From: a phage
DNA: 64,000 bases
Direction: 5' to 3' (one strand)
Assembly (NCBI GenBank): GCA_021081985.1
Contig: GCA_021081985.1_3639.1
The notes beneath the pieces were generated by a model. That model did not search any database and was not told where the DNA came from. It saw only the letters and a list, made by a program, of their open reading frames with translations. Of this stretch, positions 9,294 to 16,486 are shown piece after piece. A program made the position numbers and the translations under genes. How positions within the stretch are numbered: the first letter of the stretch is position 1; every line of letters begins with the position of its first letter.

Positions 9294-9575
9294 AAATCGT
9301 AAACAAAGACGTGCAGAAGCTGCAATGAAAAGATCACGGAGAAAAGTAAGATGACCAAAACGTATACTGAAGAGACGCATAAACAAGTTGAGTTGTTGCT
9401 TTGTAGGTTACAACAGTGTATTGACAGAGTTCGTATTTTACGTTTTGAGTTTGAAAATAATATCTCTTAATGTGAGGAATGTATGAGAAAAGGTATTGAT
9501 TTTGAAAAAGAAGTTGGTTTCGGGGAAGGGTGTCATCAAGAAGAAAATTGGGATGTTTAAAATTTTAAAATATCT

Positions 9576-9604
9576 CTTGACAATGTAGATCATACAGGAT
9601 AACA
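9576..9604 (+). promoter_or_regulatory. sigma70-like promoter upstream of tRNA-Met
   Basis: TTGACA, 17 nt, TAACAT, about 22 nt before the tRNA 5' end. Confidence 0.5.
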
Positions 9605-9626
9605 TCATCTCATACCAAAGAGATAC

Positions 9627-9702
9627 GGCCCCTTAGCTCAGTGGTTAGAGCAGGTGACTCATAATCGCTTGGTCGCTGGTTAAAGTCCAGCAGGGGCCAC
9701 CA
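9627..9702 (+). tRNA. tRNA-Met (CAU)
   Basis: Acceptor GGCCCCT/AGGGGCC, anticodon loop CTCATAA, T-arm GGTTAAAGTCC, encoded CCA. Confidence 0.8.
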
Positions 9703-9754
9703 AATGTGGCACACGAAATAAACTAGGTTTATTGTTTTCGGAGGAGAAAACTTA

Positions 9755-10078
9755 ATGGCTAAGAAACAGTCTGCTAAAAAGGTATCAGCTATCGAGGCGA
9801 TCAAGCAACCTTTTCAGTTTGAATCAAAATCCACGCAGACACATTCTGCACCGCACGATGTGCGTCTTGGTGGCAAAACGCAAACTGTAGCAGTTCTGAA
9901 AAAACGCAAAGATGAAGACGGTAATACTGAAATGTATTATGAATCTGTGTCTCGTGTCATTGGTGGTGAAGTGATTTCTGCTTCCTATCGTATCCGTACT
10001 GGGAAAACAAAGCGTGAACGAGAAGTGAAACAGAAAACAAGCACTCCTGTAGGAAACGTTAAGAAAACTAAAAAATAA
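9755..10078 (+). CDS. hypothetical Lys-rich basic protein
   Basis: 107 aa ORF directly after tRNA-Met. Confidence 0.4.
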   Translation: MAKKQSAKKVSAIEAIKQPFQFESKSTQTHSAPHDVRLGGKTQTVAVLKKRKDEDGNTEMYYESVSRVIGGEVISASYRIRTGKTKREREVKQKTSTPVGNVKKTKK

Positions 10079-10154
10079 TTTACTGACGAGAGTGCCACCG
10101 TGAGCCAGCGTCATTAAACAAAGGGAATCACGGACATTCAGGAGGGTTGAGATT

Positions 10155-10346
10155 ATGATAGGATCTTTGCTTAAGATTGCAAGCGATGTAACAACAACGG
10201 CTGTTGAAGTGACTGCTGCGGTAACAACTCCGTTTGTTGATTTAGCATCAGATGCTATAGCAGCAGCAGACGAGATGATTTTGTCACCGACATCTGATCT
10301 TGTCCAAGATCTTTGTGATTCTATAAAAGATGCTGTAAAAGATTAA
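10155..10346 (+). CDS. hypothetical small acidic protein
   Basis: 63 aa, rich in Asp/Glu/Ala/Thr. Confidence 0.35.
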   Translation: MIGSLLKIASDVTTTAVEVTAAVTTPFVDLASDAIAAADEMILSPTSDLVQDLCDSIKDAVKD

Positions 10347-10354
10347 AATTTTTC

Positions 10355-10383
10355 TTGACATAGTTTTTGTTTTTCTGTATAGT
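10355..10383 (+). promoter_or_regulatory. sigma70-like promoter
   Basis: TTGACA, 17 nt, TATAGT. Confidence 0.55.
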
Positions 10384-10419
10384 TACTTTATCAAAGCTAA
10401 TTTACATAGGAGAGATTGA

Positions 10420-11067
10420 ATGTCTACTAAGATTTCCGTAACTCGTGCACTTGCTTCTATCTCTAAGATTGAAGATAAGATCAATAAGCGCATTTATAAC
10501 CTTGAATGTATTAAGATTGCAAAAGGAACTGAGAATAATTGTAAGATTCCTGGTTATATCGGCTCTGTTGATGATTTTAAGAAATCTGCGATCAACGACT
10601 ATCAAAGTCTGCAAGACCTCTTGGCAGTTCGCGATGAACTGAAGGCAAAAATTGTCAAGTCTAATGCTGAGACAATTGTCAAAATTGGTAAGGTGTCTAT
10701 GACAGTTGCTGAGGCAATCGAACGCAAACGGACGATTTGCTTTAAACAAGAGTTGTTAAACAAACTTTGTGCACAGCGTGCTTCTGCACAGCTTCTTCTG
10801 GCAAAAGAAGAAAAATCTCTGGAAGATAAACTTGAAAATGCCAGAGCGCCATATATCCAACGTGATAAAGCGCCAGATGCAGAGCAGATTAAGACTGTGG
10901 AAGCTCCCATTCGAATGATGAACACACCATCGGTTGTGGATCCTCTTGAACTGGCTTCTAAGATTCGTTCTCTTGAAGAAGAGATTGAAGATTTCTTGTC
11001 TAACGTTGATTTTGCGTTGTCTGAGTCAAACGCTAAGACAGAAATTGAGATTGAGCACTCTCTCTAA
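10420..11067 (+). CDS. hypothetical coiled-coil protein
   Basis: 215 aa, charged and helix-rich. Confidence 0.5.
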   Translation: MSTKISVTRALASISKIEDKINKRIYNLECIKIAKGTENNCKIPGYIGSVDDFKKSAINDYQSLQDLLAVRDELKAKIVKSNAETIVKIGKVSMTVAEAIERKRTICFKQELLNKLCAQRASAQLLLAKEEKSLEDKLENARAPYIQRDKAPDAEQIKTVEAPIRMMNTPSVVDPLELASKIRSLEEEIEDFLSNVDFALSESNAKTEIEIEHSL

Positions 11068-11432
11068 AAGGCTCTGATAATATCATTATCGTTCCTTTGT
11101 TTTGAAATTTAAAACATTGCTTTTGATTAACGAAGTTTACATCATCTTGCCTCCTGGGGATTGGAGGTTAAATATTCCCCACCATGTATCGTATATGTAT
11201 GAGGATAATACAGAACATAGATGCAGCGAGGCACACGAAGATGCTTTGTTGTTTCCACTAAGTAAAAGTTCATACAATAAAGGTCAATGGTTAAATGTGA
11301 AAGATGAAACTTGAAAGTTGACTCTTGAAAGATAAAATTTCGTTTATCATCTGAAATCCTTGACACAGGTTATGGCTCACAAGATATGGTCTGTAAAGCC
11401 TCAAGGCTGTTAATCGGAAGCAATGTCTTATT

Positions 11433-11507
11433 GCTCGTATAGCTCAACGGTAGAGCACCTGCCTTGTAAGCAGGGGGTTGCAGGTTCGAAACCTGCTGCG
11501 AGCACCA
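11433..11507 (+). tRNA. tRNA-Thr (UGU)
   Basis: Acceptor GCTCGTA/TGCGAGC, D-arm GCTC..GAGC, anticodon loop CTTGTAA, T-arm GCAGGTTCGAAACCTGC, CCA. Confidence 0.8.
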
Positions 11508-11509
11508 AT

Positions 11510-11606
11510 GCTGGGTAAGCCCTTTGGCAAGGGCGAGGATTTATAATCCTGAAAATAGACGGGCTAGCCGTTGAATACATAGGTGGTTCGATTCCATCAC
11601 CCAGCC
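11510..11606 (+). ncRNA. non-canonical tRNA-like RNA
   Basis: tRNA-type acceptor (GCTGGGT/ACCCAGC), D-arm and T-arm (GGTGGTTCGATTCCATC), but the anticodon position is a closed hairpin AGGATT-tat-AATCCT followed by a second tight hairpin; about 97 nt, no CCA. Confidence 0.4.
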
Positions 11607-11807
11607 ACAAGTTTGTTTTATAGTGTATTAGCTTATATTATTCGATATAAATGCCTGATCAGCATTTGTTGTGAATGAGGCATACAATGCGTGAGAAAGC
11701 TATCGGTGCGCAACGTTGATTTCAAACGTAGTCATGCTCGTAGAGCACCAACTGTGGAAGTTGGAGGGTGGTTGAGTAACCATACACTATAAAGCATTCT
11801 TTAAAAT

Positions 11808-11892
11808 GGGCGGTGTCCCCACACAAGTCTTCTAAACTTGTACTTAAAAAGTGGGAAGGAAGTGAGAGGTTCGATTCCTCCACCGTCTACCA
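11808..11892 (+). ncRNA. non-canonical tRNA-like RNA
   Basis: 3' end TTCGATTCC...ACCGTCTACCA with a pairing 5' segment GGGCGGT, no D-arm, internal hairpin ACAAGT-cttctaa-ACTTGT. Confidence 0.3.
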
Positions 11893-11968
11893 GATTAACC
11901 CCAACTTGAGAATCGTCAGCGCGGCTCGTAAGACCCACTCTATAGGTTCTCTACCTGGGGTGCTTATT

Positions 11969-12045
11969 GCACGGTTGCCGGAATTTGGTTACGGGTCTGT
12001 CTGCAAAACGGATATATGTCGGTTCAAGTCCGACACCGTGCTCCA
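11969..12045 (+). tRNA. tRNA-Cys (GCA)
   Basis: Acceptor GCACGGT/ACCGTGC, anticodon arm TCTGT-CTGCAAA-ACGGA, T-arm GTCGGTTCAAGTCCGAC, CCA; D-stem imperfect. Confidence 0.65.
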
Positions 12046-12082
12046 AACTTTCAATTTCTTGGCAAATATGTTAAAATACCAC

Positions 12083-12111
12083 TTGACAGATATGTTTTTA
12101 TTTGATAATAT
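12083..12111 (+). promoter_or_regulatory. sigma70-like promoter
   Basis: TTGACA, 17 nt, TAATAT, followed by RBS and ATG at 12132. Confidence 0.6.
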
Positions 12112-12131
12112 CATTAAGTGGGGTTTTTAAA

Positions 12132-12479
12132 ATGGCTACTAAGCAGCTTACAAAACGTAGAAGAGGAAAAGGTCGTCCTCTGAAAGAGGAATCTAATGCA
12201 ATTCAGTTAGAGAAAAATATCCTAGATTTGAAAACGAATCTGATTGCAATGATTCCTGAAGCTCATCAGGTTCTTAGGGATTTGATGAAGAATGTGAATA
12301 CAAAAGACAATATCAGAGAAAATATCGCTCGTTATGTTATTGAGAAAGGTGAGCAGATGCTTTCTGATTACTTTGATGAGGAAAACGAAGAGTTACTCGA
12401 AAAAGATAACTCAGAAAAAGCGCCTATTAAGGCAGCCAAACCATTCTCGACGGATATTGTTCAATTCAAACAAGGTTAA
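12132..12479 (+). CDS. hypothetical protein with basic N-terminus
   Basis: ORF track 12102..12479; start moved to the ATG after the promoter and RBS (MATKQLTKRRRGKGRP...). Confidence 0.45.
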   Translation: MATKQLTKRRRGKGRPLKEESNAIQLEKNILDLKTNLIAMIPEAHQVLRDLMKNVNTKDNIRENIARYVIEKGEQMLSDYFDEENEELLEKDNSEKAPIKAAKPFSTDIVQFKQG

Positions 12480-12480
12480 T

Positions 12481-12570
12481 GTGTCGTTAGACCGTAGGGG
12501 TAGCGGGGGAGACTGTAAATCTCCTGTCTCGAAAGGGACTCGGGTAGTTCGACTCTATCACGGCACACCA
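12481..12570 (+). tRNA. tRNA-Tyr (GUA), type II
   Basis: Acceptor GTGTCGT/ACGGCAC, anticodon arm GGAGA-CTGTAAA-TCTCC, long variable arm, T-arm GGTAGTTCGACTCTATC, CCA. Confidence 0.75.
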
Positions 12571-12638
12571 ACTAAATCTGTACTGGCTTTGATGTGTGAC
12601 GATACCCTCCAATCGTGGTTGTTGGGTCAGTACAGTTT

Positions 12639-12714
12639 GGGAGTGTAGATCAGTTAGTAGATCGCTCGACCGATAATCGAGAGGACGTAGGGGCAGAGCC
12701 TACCACTCCCACCA
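12639..12714 (+). tRNA. tRNA-Ile (GAU)
   Basis: Acceptor GGGAGTG/CACTCCC, D-arm GATC..GATC, anticodon arm CTCGA-CCGATAA-TCGAG, CCA; position 33 is C and the T-loop is atypical. Confidence 0.6.
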
Positions 12715-12719
12715 AATAT

Positions 12720-12794
12720 GCATCCATAGTTTAATTGGGAAAACTACAGCCTTCCAAGCTGAAGTCGAGGGTTCGATGCCCTCTGGATGCTCCA
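12720..12794 (+). tRNA. tRNA-Gly (UCC)
   Basis: Acceptor GCATCCA/TGGATGC, anticodon loop CTTCCAA, T-arm GAGGGTTCGATGCCCTC, CCA. Confidence 0.75.
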
Positions 12795-12919
12795 GTTAAA
12801 AGATGTCAATGAAATCCGCTTGGGTCAACTGAAGACCGTAACAAATTCCATGGGGTTGTGTTTGCGGTCCAACCCTAGACATCTTCTATCTTTAGTAGAA
12901 GGCTTTAATACGGACGAGT

Positions 12920-13150
12920 ATGATGGTTTCTAAATTAATCATAACAAGGCATCATAATGCTAAAGAAATAGAGATTGTGAATGCTGCTGGCACTCTTGTG
13001 CTAAAAGTTGGTAAAGACTGTCCTTTTGAATTGTGCCAGAAGGAACTTTTAAGTTTGTGCGGTTTCAGGTTTAAACAGATTATCTTTGAAAATGCTTTTC
13101 AATATTCAGACTTAAACCAGTACATTATATCTAGGCTTGATCCTGCATGA
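12920..13150 (+). CDS. hypothetical small protein
   Basis: 76 aa ORF, 4-nt overlap with the next gene. Confidence 0.35.
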   Translation: MMVSKLIITRHHNAKEIEIVNAAGTLVLKVGKDCPFELCQKELLSLCGFRFKQIIFENAFQYSDLNQYIISRLDPA

Positions 13151-13704
13151 GATACTTGAAATATTTATCTTGGATCCTGTTAGCACCTCTTGATCCAATT
13201 ATGTCGGCTCTCTGTGTTATTCTGGCTCCTTTTGTTGTTCCGTTCTATAATGAGAAGACAGGGCATCTACCCTATATTTTCAGGTGGATGGAAACATATG
13301 ATAATCCTATAGACGGTGACAGAGGACACATAGAGAGATGGGAAGAAGTCCGTAAAATAGGAAGTTTTGGTGTTTACCTACAACGAGTTGCTTGGTTGTG
13401 GAGAAATAAAGCCTACAATTTTTCCTATCACGTACTTGGACGTGAAATCGCATCTGTGACAAAGTGGAAAGGAAACATCCATGTAAGCTCTGATGTGGAG
13501 GATAATCAACAAGGCTATTTGTTGATGTGGAATGACAATGCGTGGGGTGTATTCGCGTTTGTCCCGTCTTTTAGATTGTTTGGAAAACAATTTTACTGGC
13601 GAATTTATGTCGGTTGGAAACTGAAGAGTGTGGTTCCTGAAGACAGAGCTTTTTCAAGAGAGAGGGTGATGTTGGCATTTTTCATAAGTCCTTTCCGAAA
13701 ATAG
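13147..13704 (+). CDS. hypothetical membrane protein
   Basis: 185 aa, hydrophobic N-terminal segment LSWILLAPLDPIMSALCVILAPFVVPF. Confidence 0.45.
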   Translation: MRYLKYLSWILLAPLDPIMSALCVILAPFVVPFYNEKTGHLPYIFRWMETYDNPIDGDRGHIERWEEVRKIGSFGVYLQRVAWLWRNKAYNFSYHVLGREIASVTKWKGNIHVSSDVEDNQQGYLLMWNDNAWGVFAFVPSFRLFGKQFYWRIYVGWKLKSVVPEDRAFSRERVMLAFFISPFRK

Positions 13705-13710
13705 TTTTTA

Positions 13711-13792
13711 ATGAGAGTAGCGTAACTTCACTGGGTGAAGGCTGGCCTCCAAAACCAGTGACTAAGAGGTTCGATTCCTCACTCTCGTGCCA
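13711..13792 (+). tRNA. tRNA-like, possibly tRNA-Trp (CCA)
   Basis: Acceptor ATGAGAG/CTCTCGT, loop CTCCAAA, T-arm GAGGTTCGATTCCTC, CCA; D-region is over-long and non-canonical. Confidence 0.4.
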
Positions 13793-13793
13793 A

Positions 13794-13869
13794 AGGGGAT
13801 TAGCATAGTGGCCTAATGCAACGGGCTTTGACCCCGTGATCGGTTGTTCGAATCAACCATCCCCTGCCA
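13794..13869 (+). tRNA. tRNA-Gln (UUG)
   Basis: Acceptor AGGGGAT/ATCCCCT, D-arm GCAT..ATGC, anticodon arm ACGGG-CTTTGAC-CCCGT, T-arm GGTTGTTCGAATCAACC, CCA. Confidence 0.8.
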
Positions 13870-13878
13870 AGTTAAAAC

Positions 13879-13968
13879 GGAGAAGCAAATCGATTGGCGA
13901 CGAAACCACATTGGAAATGTGCTGACTGGTAAAACGGCTTGAGAGTTCGATTCTCTCCTTCTCCACCA
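13879..13968 (+). tRNA. tRNA-Ser (GGA), type II
   Basis: Acceptor GGAGAAG/CTTCTCC, anticodon loop TTGGAAA, long variable arm, T-arm GAGAGTTCGATTCTCTC, CCA. Confidence 0.7.
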
Positions 13969-13982
13969 GTTTTTAAGGATTT

Positions 13983-14726
13983 ATGTATGCACTCTCCCCA
14001 AGAAAAAAAAATGGAAAACAGATATTTAATTTGTTGAAAAGCGGAAAAGGCTTCTCAAACCCGCTTCAATCAGGTCTTTCTCTGGTTGGTGGTAAAGTAA
14101 GTAGTCTATCTTCTTTATCTTCCTCTATTTCTTCGGTAACTAACCCAGCTATAAAGGCTCAATTAGCTGCCGCAGGTTTGACAACTGGCGTTTTATCAAA
14201 TTTTACTTCGTCTCTTGGTTCTGTTACAAGCACGACAAAAACGCTTGTTGATTATGGTCAGAAATCTGTTGAAGAGTTCTCCCAAAGAATGCACGCAGCG
14301 AGTAATTATATGAGTACTCTGAGCAGAATGGGAGAAAAGACAAGTTGTTCAATATTTAGTGACGTTATGTCTGTAGCCACTGATTTAGGTAAGAAAGCTA
14401 TGGATGCCGTTAATTCCGCGATGGATGCGGTGAACGATGTTATGTCTCAATTGCAAGATGCAATAAATAAGGGTTTGAATACAATATCTAGTTTGGCGAG
14501 TAAAGCTGTCTCAGCGATAAACAAAGGGATCCAGAAAATGTCTGAGTATGCTAGCCAAGTGACAAAGATGATTGAAGATGAAGCAAAGAAGTTGGCAGAC
14601 TACTTAAAGACAAGTGCTGAAGGATTTCTCGCAGATATCCTACCTGATTGGTTTAACGATTCTTGTAAATCTGGTATAGTTGACCAGATTGCTACACCAG
14701 AGATGAAAGAAGTTCTTAAAAAGTAA
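13983..14726 (+). CDS. hypothetical protein with Ser/Thr-rich N-terminus and amphipathic helical repeats
   Basis: 247 aa; repeated AMDAVN/SAINKG-type helices. Confidence 0.5.
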   Translation: MYALSPRKKNGKQIFNLLKSGKGFSNPLQSGLSLVGGKVSSLSSLSSSISSVTNPAIKAQLAAAGLTTGVLSNFTSSLGSVTSTTKTLVDYGQKSVEEFSQRMHAASNYMSTLSRMGEKTSCSIFSDVMSVATDLGKKAMDAVNSAMDAVNDVMSQLQDAINKGLNTISSLASKAVSAINKGIQKMSEYASQVTKMIEDEAKKLADYLKTSAEGFLADILPDWFNDSCKSGIVDQIATPEMKEVLKK

Positions 14727-14728
14727 TT

Positions 14729-14822
14729 GGAAGATTAACCCTAATTTGGTAAGGGGTCTCCCTGCTAAGGAGATAGTAACCCAGAAATGGGTGTGCCAGT
14801 TCAAGTCTGGCATCTTCCTCCA
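14729..14822 (+). tRNA. tRNA-Ser (GCU), type II
   Basis: Acceptor GGAAGAT/ATCTTCC, anticodon arm TCTCC-CTGCTAA-GGAGA, long variable arm, T-arm GCCAGTTCAAGTCTGGC, CCA. Confidence 0.75.
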
Positions 14823-14901
14823 CTGTATGTCAAGGCTCAGATTTCTTCGGACCTGGGCGTTCGCCTTTGTTGGGTGTATATTCTCGGCAGAGGCTATCTT
14901 T

Positions 14902-14990
14902 GGAGGCTGGGGTGCATGGTGCACAAGCTGGTTTGAACCCAGTCCCGCTGTAGAGATATGGTGACAGTTCGATTCTGTCAGCCTCCTCCA
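14902..14990 (+). tRNA. tRNA-Ser (UGA), type II
   Basis: Acceptor GGAGGCT/AGCCTCC, anticodon arm GCTGG-TTTGAAC-CCAGT, long variable arm, T-arm GACAGTTCGATTCTGTC, CCA. Confidence 0.7.
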
Positions 14991-15213
14991 AGTTATCTTT
15001 AATGTAGCTTGTTTAGTTGCTTGGTGTGATTTTTCGGTGGATGGCTGCAACCATCTTATCGATACCCCAGAGCAGTCCGCTCTTTACTGGCGTAAGCCAA
15101 ACACTTATGATGGTCATGTAATCGTAATCTATCATTAGTGTGCTCTCCCTGGAGAGCTGTTGCGTATAGCTAATTATTGTGTGAGTAATTAGCTATTTTA
15201 AAGATAATTTGAC

Positions 15214-15290
15214 GGATCTGTAGCCAAATGGTTTAAGGCACTCGACTTTTAATCGAGAGATTGTTGGTTCGAATCCAACCAGATCCACCA
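15214..15290 (+). tRNA. tRNA-Lys (UUU)
   Basis: Acceptor GGATCTG/CAGATCC, anticodon arm CTCGA-CTTTTAA-TCGAG, T-arm GTTGGTTCGAATCCAAC, CCA. Confidence 0.85.
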
Positions 15291-15299
15291 AAATATTCA

Positions 15300-15390
15300 G
15301 GTTCTTTGACCGAGTGGTCGATGGTGACGGCCTGTTAAGCCGTTGGGAGGAATCTCCCCACCGAAGGTTCGAATCCTTCAGGAACCGCCA
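15300..15390 (+). tRNA. type II tRNA with GUU anticodon (nominally Asn)
   Basis: Acceptor GGTTCTT/AGGAACC, anticodon arm ACGGC-CTGTTAA-GCCGT, 19-nt variable arm with hairpin GGGAG/CTCCC, T-arm GAAGGTTCGAATCCTTC, CCA. Confidence 0.55.
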
Positions 15391-15474
15391 ATTCTTGACT
15401 TAATCAAGTCACAGATATCACCTAGCCAGCGATACCAGTTAGTAGATTCTGGGACAATTAAAATCTACATTTCT

Positions 15475-15552
15475 CTGTCCGTAGCGCAGCTTGGGTAGCG
15501 CGGGTCACTTGGGATGATCAGGTCGTTGGTTCAAATCCAACCGGACAGACCA
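15475..15552 (+). tRNA. tRNA-Pro (UGG)
   Basis: Acceptor CTGTCCG/CGGACAG, D-arm GCGC..GCGC, anticodon arm GGTCA-CTTGGGA-TGATC, T-arm GTTGGTTCAAATCCAAC, CCA. Confidence 0.8.
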
Positions 15553-15594
15553 ATAAACATATACATATCAAAGCAGAAATGTACAGAGGATACC

Positions 15595-15786
15595 ATGTTA
15601 ACAGTTAAAGTCGTATCTCCAAATGATGAACAAATTTTTTGTGGGAAAATTGTTGGGTATTGTGCTCATCAAAAGTCTATAGCTATTTCAGGTATTGACC
15701 AAAAAGTGTTTTTGTCTGAGGATCAGACCGCTTATGTGATCAATGCCAATGGAAAAACTATTTCTGTGTATCGTGGAAAACCGTAA
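15595..15786 (+). CDS. hypothetical small protein
   Basis: ORF track 15514..15786 begins inside tRNA-Pro; internal Met (MLTVKVV...) taken as start. Confidence 0.3.
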   Translation: MLTVKVVSPNDEQIFCGKIVGYCAHQKSIAISGIDQKVFLSEDQTAYVINANGKTISVYRGKP

Positions 15787-15800
15787 CTCTTAATATAAAT

Positions 15801-15877
15801 GGGCGATTGATGGAATTGGTATACATGTCAGGCTTAGAACCTGAATTTTGGGGGTTCGAGTCCCTCATCGCCTACCA
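15801..15877 (+). tRNA. type I tRNA with UAG anticodon (nominally Leu)
   Basis: Acceptor GGGCGAT/ATCGCCT, anticodon arm TCAGG-CTTAGAA-CCTGA, 5-nt variable loop, T-arm GGGGGTTCGAGTCCCTC, CCA. Confidence 0.55.
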
Positions 15878-15882
15878 ATTAT

Positions 15883-15958
15883 GTGACGGTAACTCAGTTG
15901 GTAGAGTGCCTTGCTGAAGACTAGGTGGTCACAGGTTCGAATCCTGTCCGTCACACCA
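15883..15958 (+). tRNA. tRNA-Phe (GAA)
   Basis: Acceptor GTGACGG/CCGTCAC, D-arm ACTC..GAGT, anticodon loop CTGAAGA, T-arm ACAGGTTCGAATCCTGT, CCA. Confidence 0.75.
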
Positions 15959-15973
15959 AACAGGAAATAGATT

Positions 15974-16204
15974 ATGCGAAGAAAATTGAAGAGTGCATAT
16001 ATCCAAAAAATAGAGACAGTTAGAAAATTTTGTGCTGGGTGGCCTCTTATTCTACTTATTGCCGATTCTAGGTATACTACTCAAGATGTGAAGAACTACA
16101 AGAAAGTAGATAAGTATTGTCGGACAAAGAAAGGAAGACTTGATGGTACTTATGAGATCCATTTTGGTCATCCACCTAGAAGGATTTCTCTTGGTAATAA
16201 ATGA
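15974..16204 (+). CDS. hypothetical small protein
   Basis: 76 aa ORF between tRNAs. Confidence 0.3.
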   Translation: MRRKLKSAYIQKIETVRKFCAGWPLILLIADSRYTTQDVKNYKKVDKYCRTKKGRLDGTYEIHFGHPPRRISLGNK

Positions 16205-16208
16205 ACAT

Positions 16209-16284
16209 TGCGAGTTTGAAGTCTGGTGACTTCGCTGGTCTCATAAGCCAGTCCAGATTGGTTCGATCCCAATACTCGCAACCA
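16209..16284 (+). tRNA. tRNA-Met (CAU), second copy
   Basis: Acceptor TGCGAGT/ACTCGCA, D-arm GAAG..CTTC, anticodon arm CTGGT-CTCATAA-GCCAG, T-arm ATTGGTTCGATCCCAAT, CCA. Confidence 0.75.
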
Positions 16285-16416
16285 GAATTAAAGTGGACAC
16301 TAAGGAAGGTCGTGGCTGAGTAAACGGTAAGACACTCTCGACATGTAAAGGTTCCTTCGCCACTTTTCTCAAATAACTATAATAATAATCCAATCAATCT
16401 CCTCTCCTATGCCTAA

Positions 16417-16440
16417 CCCCGCCTCTTGCGGGGTTTTTCT
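16417..16440 (+). terminator. rho-independent terminator at end of tRNA island
   Basis: CCCCGC-ctctt-GCGGGG followed by TTTTTCTTT. Confidence 0.7.
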
Positions 16441-16486
16441 TTATGTGCTAGTCTTTACGCATCTTGTTTTGTACTTAAGGATAGCT

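Noticed and set aside
9610-9804. 64-aa minus-strand ORF
   Set aside because: It lies across tRNA-Met and its promoter; a shadow ORF
12795-12919. Possible tRNA or small RNA in the spacer after tRNA-Gly
   Set aside because: Only short hairpins (GGGTTG/CAACCC, CTTCTA/TAGAAG); no acceptor or T-arm pairing
16290-16370. Possible tRNA after the second tRNA-Met (ends GCCA)
   Set aside because: The only acceptor-like pairing gives a molecule of about 58 nt with no T-arm; more likely a hairpin before the terminator
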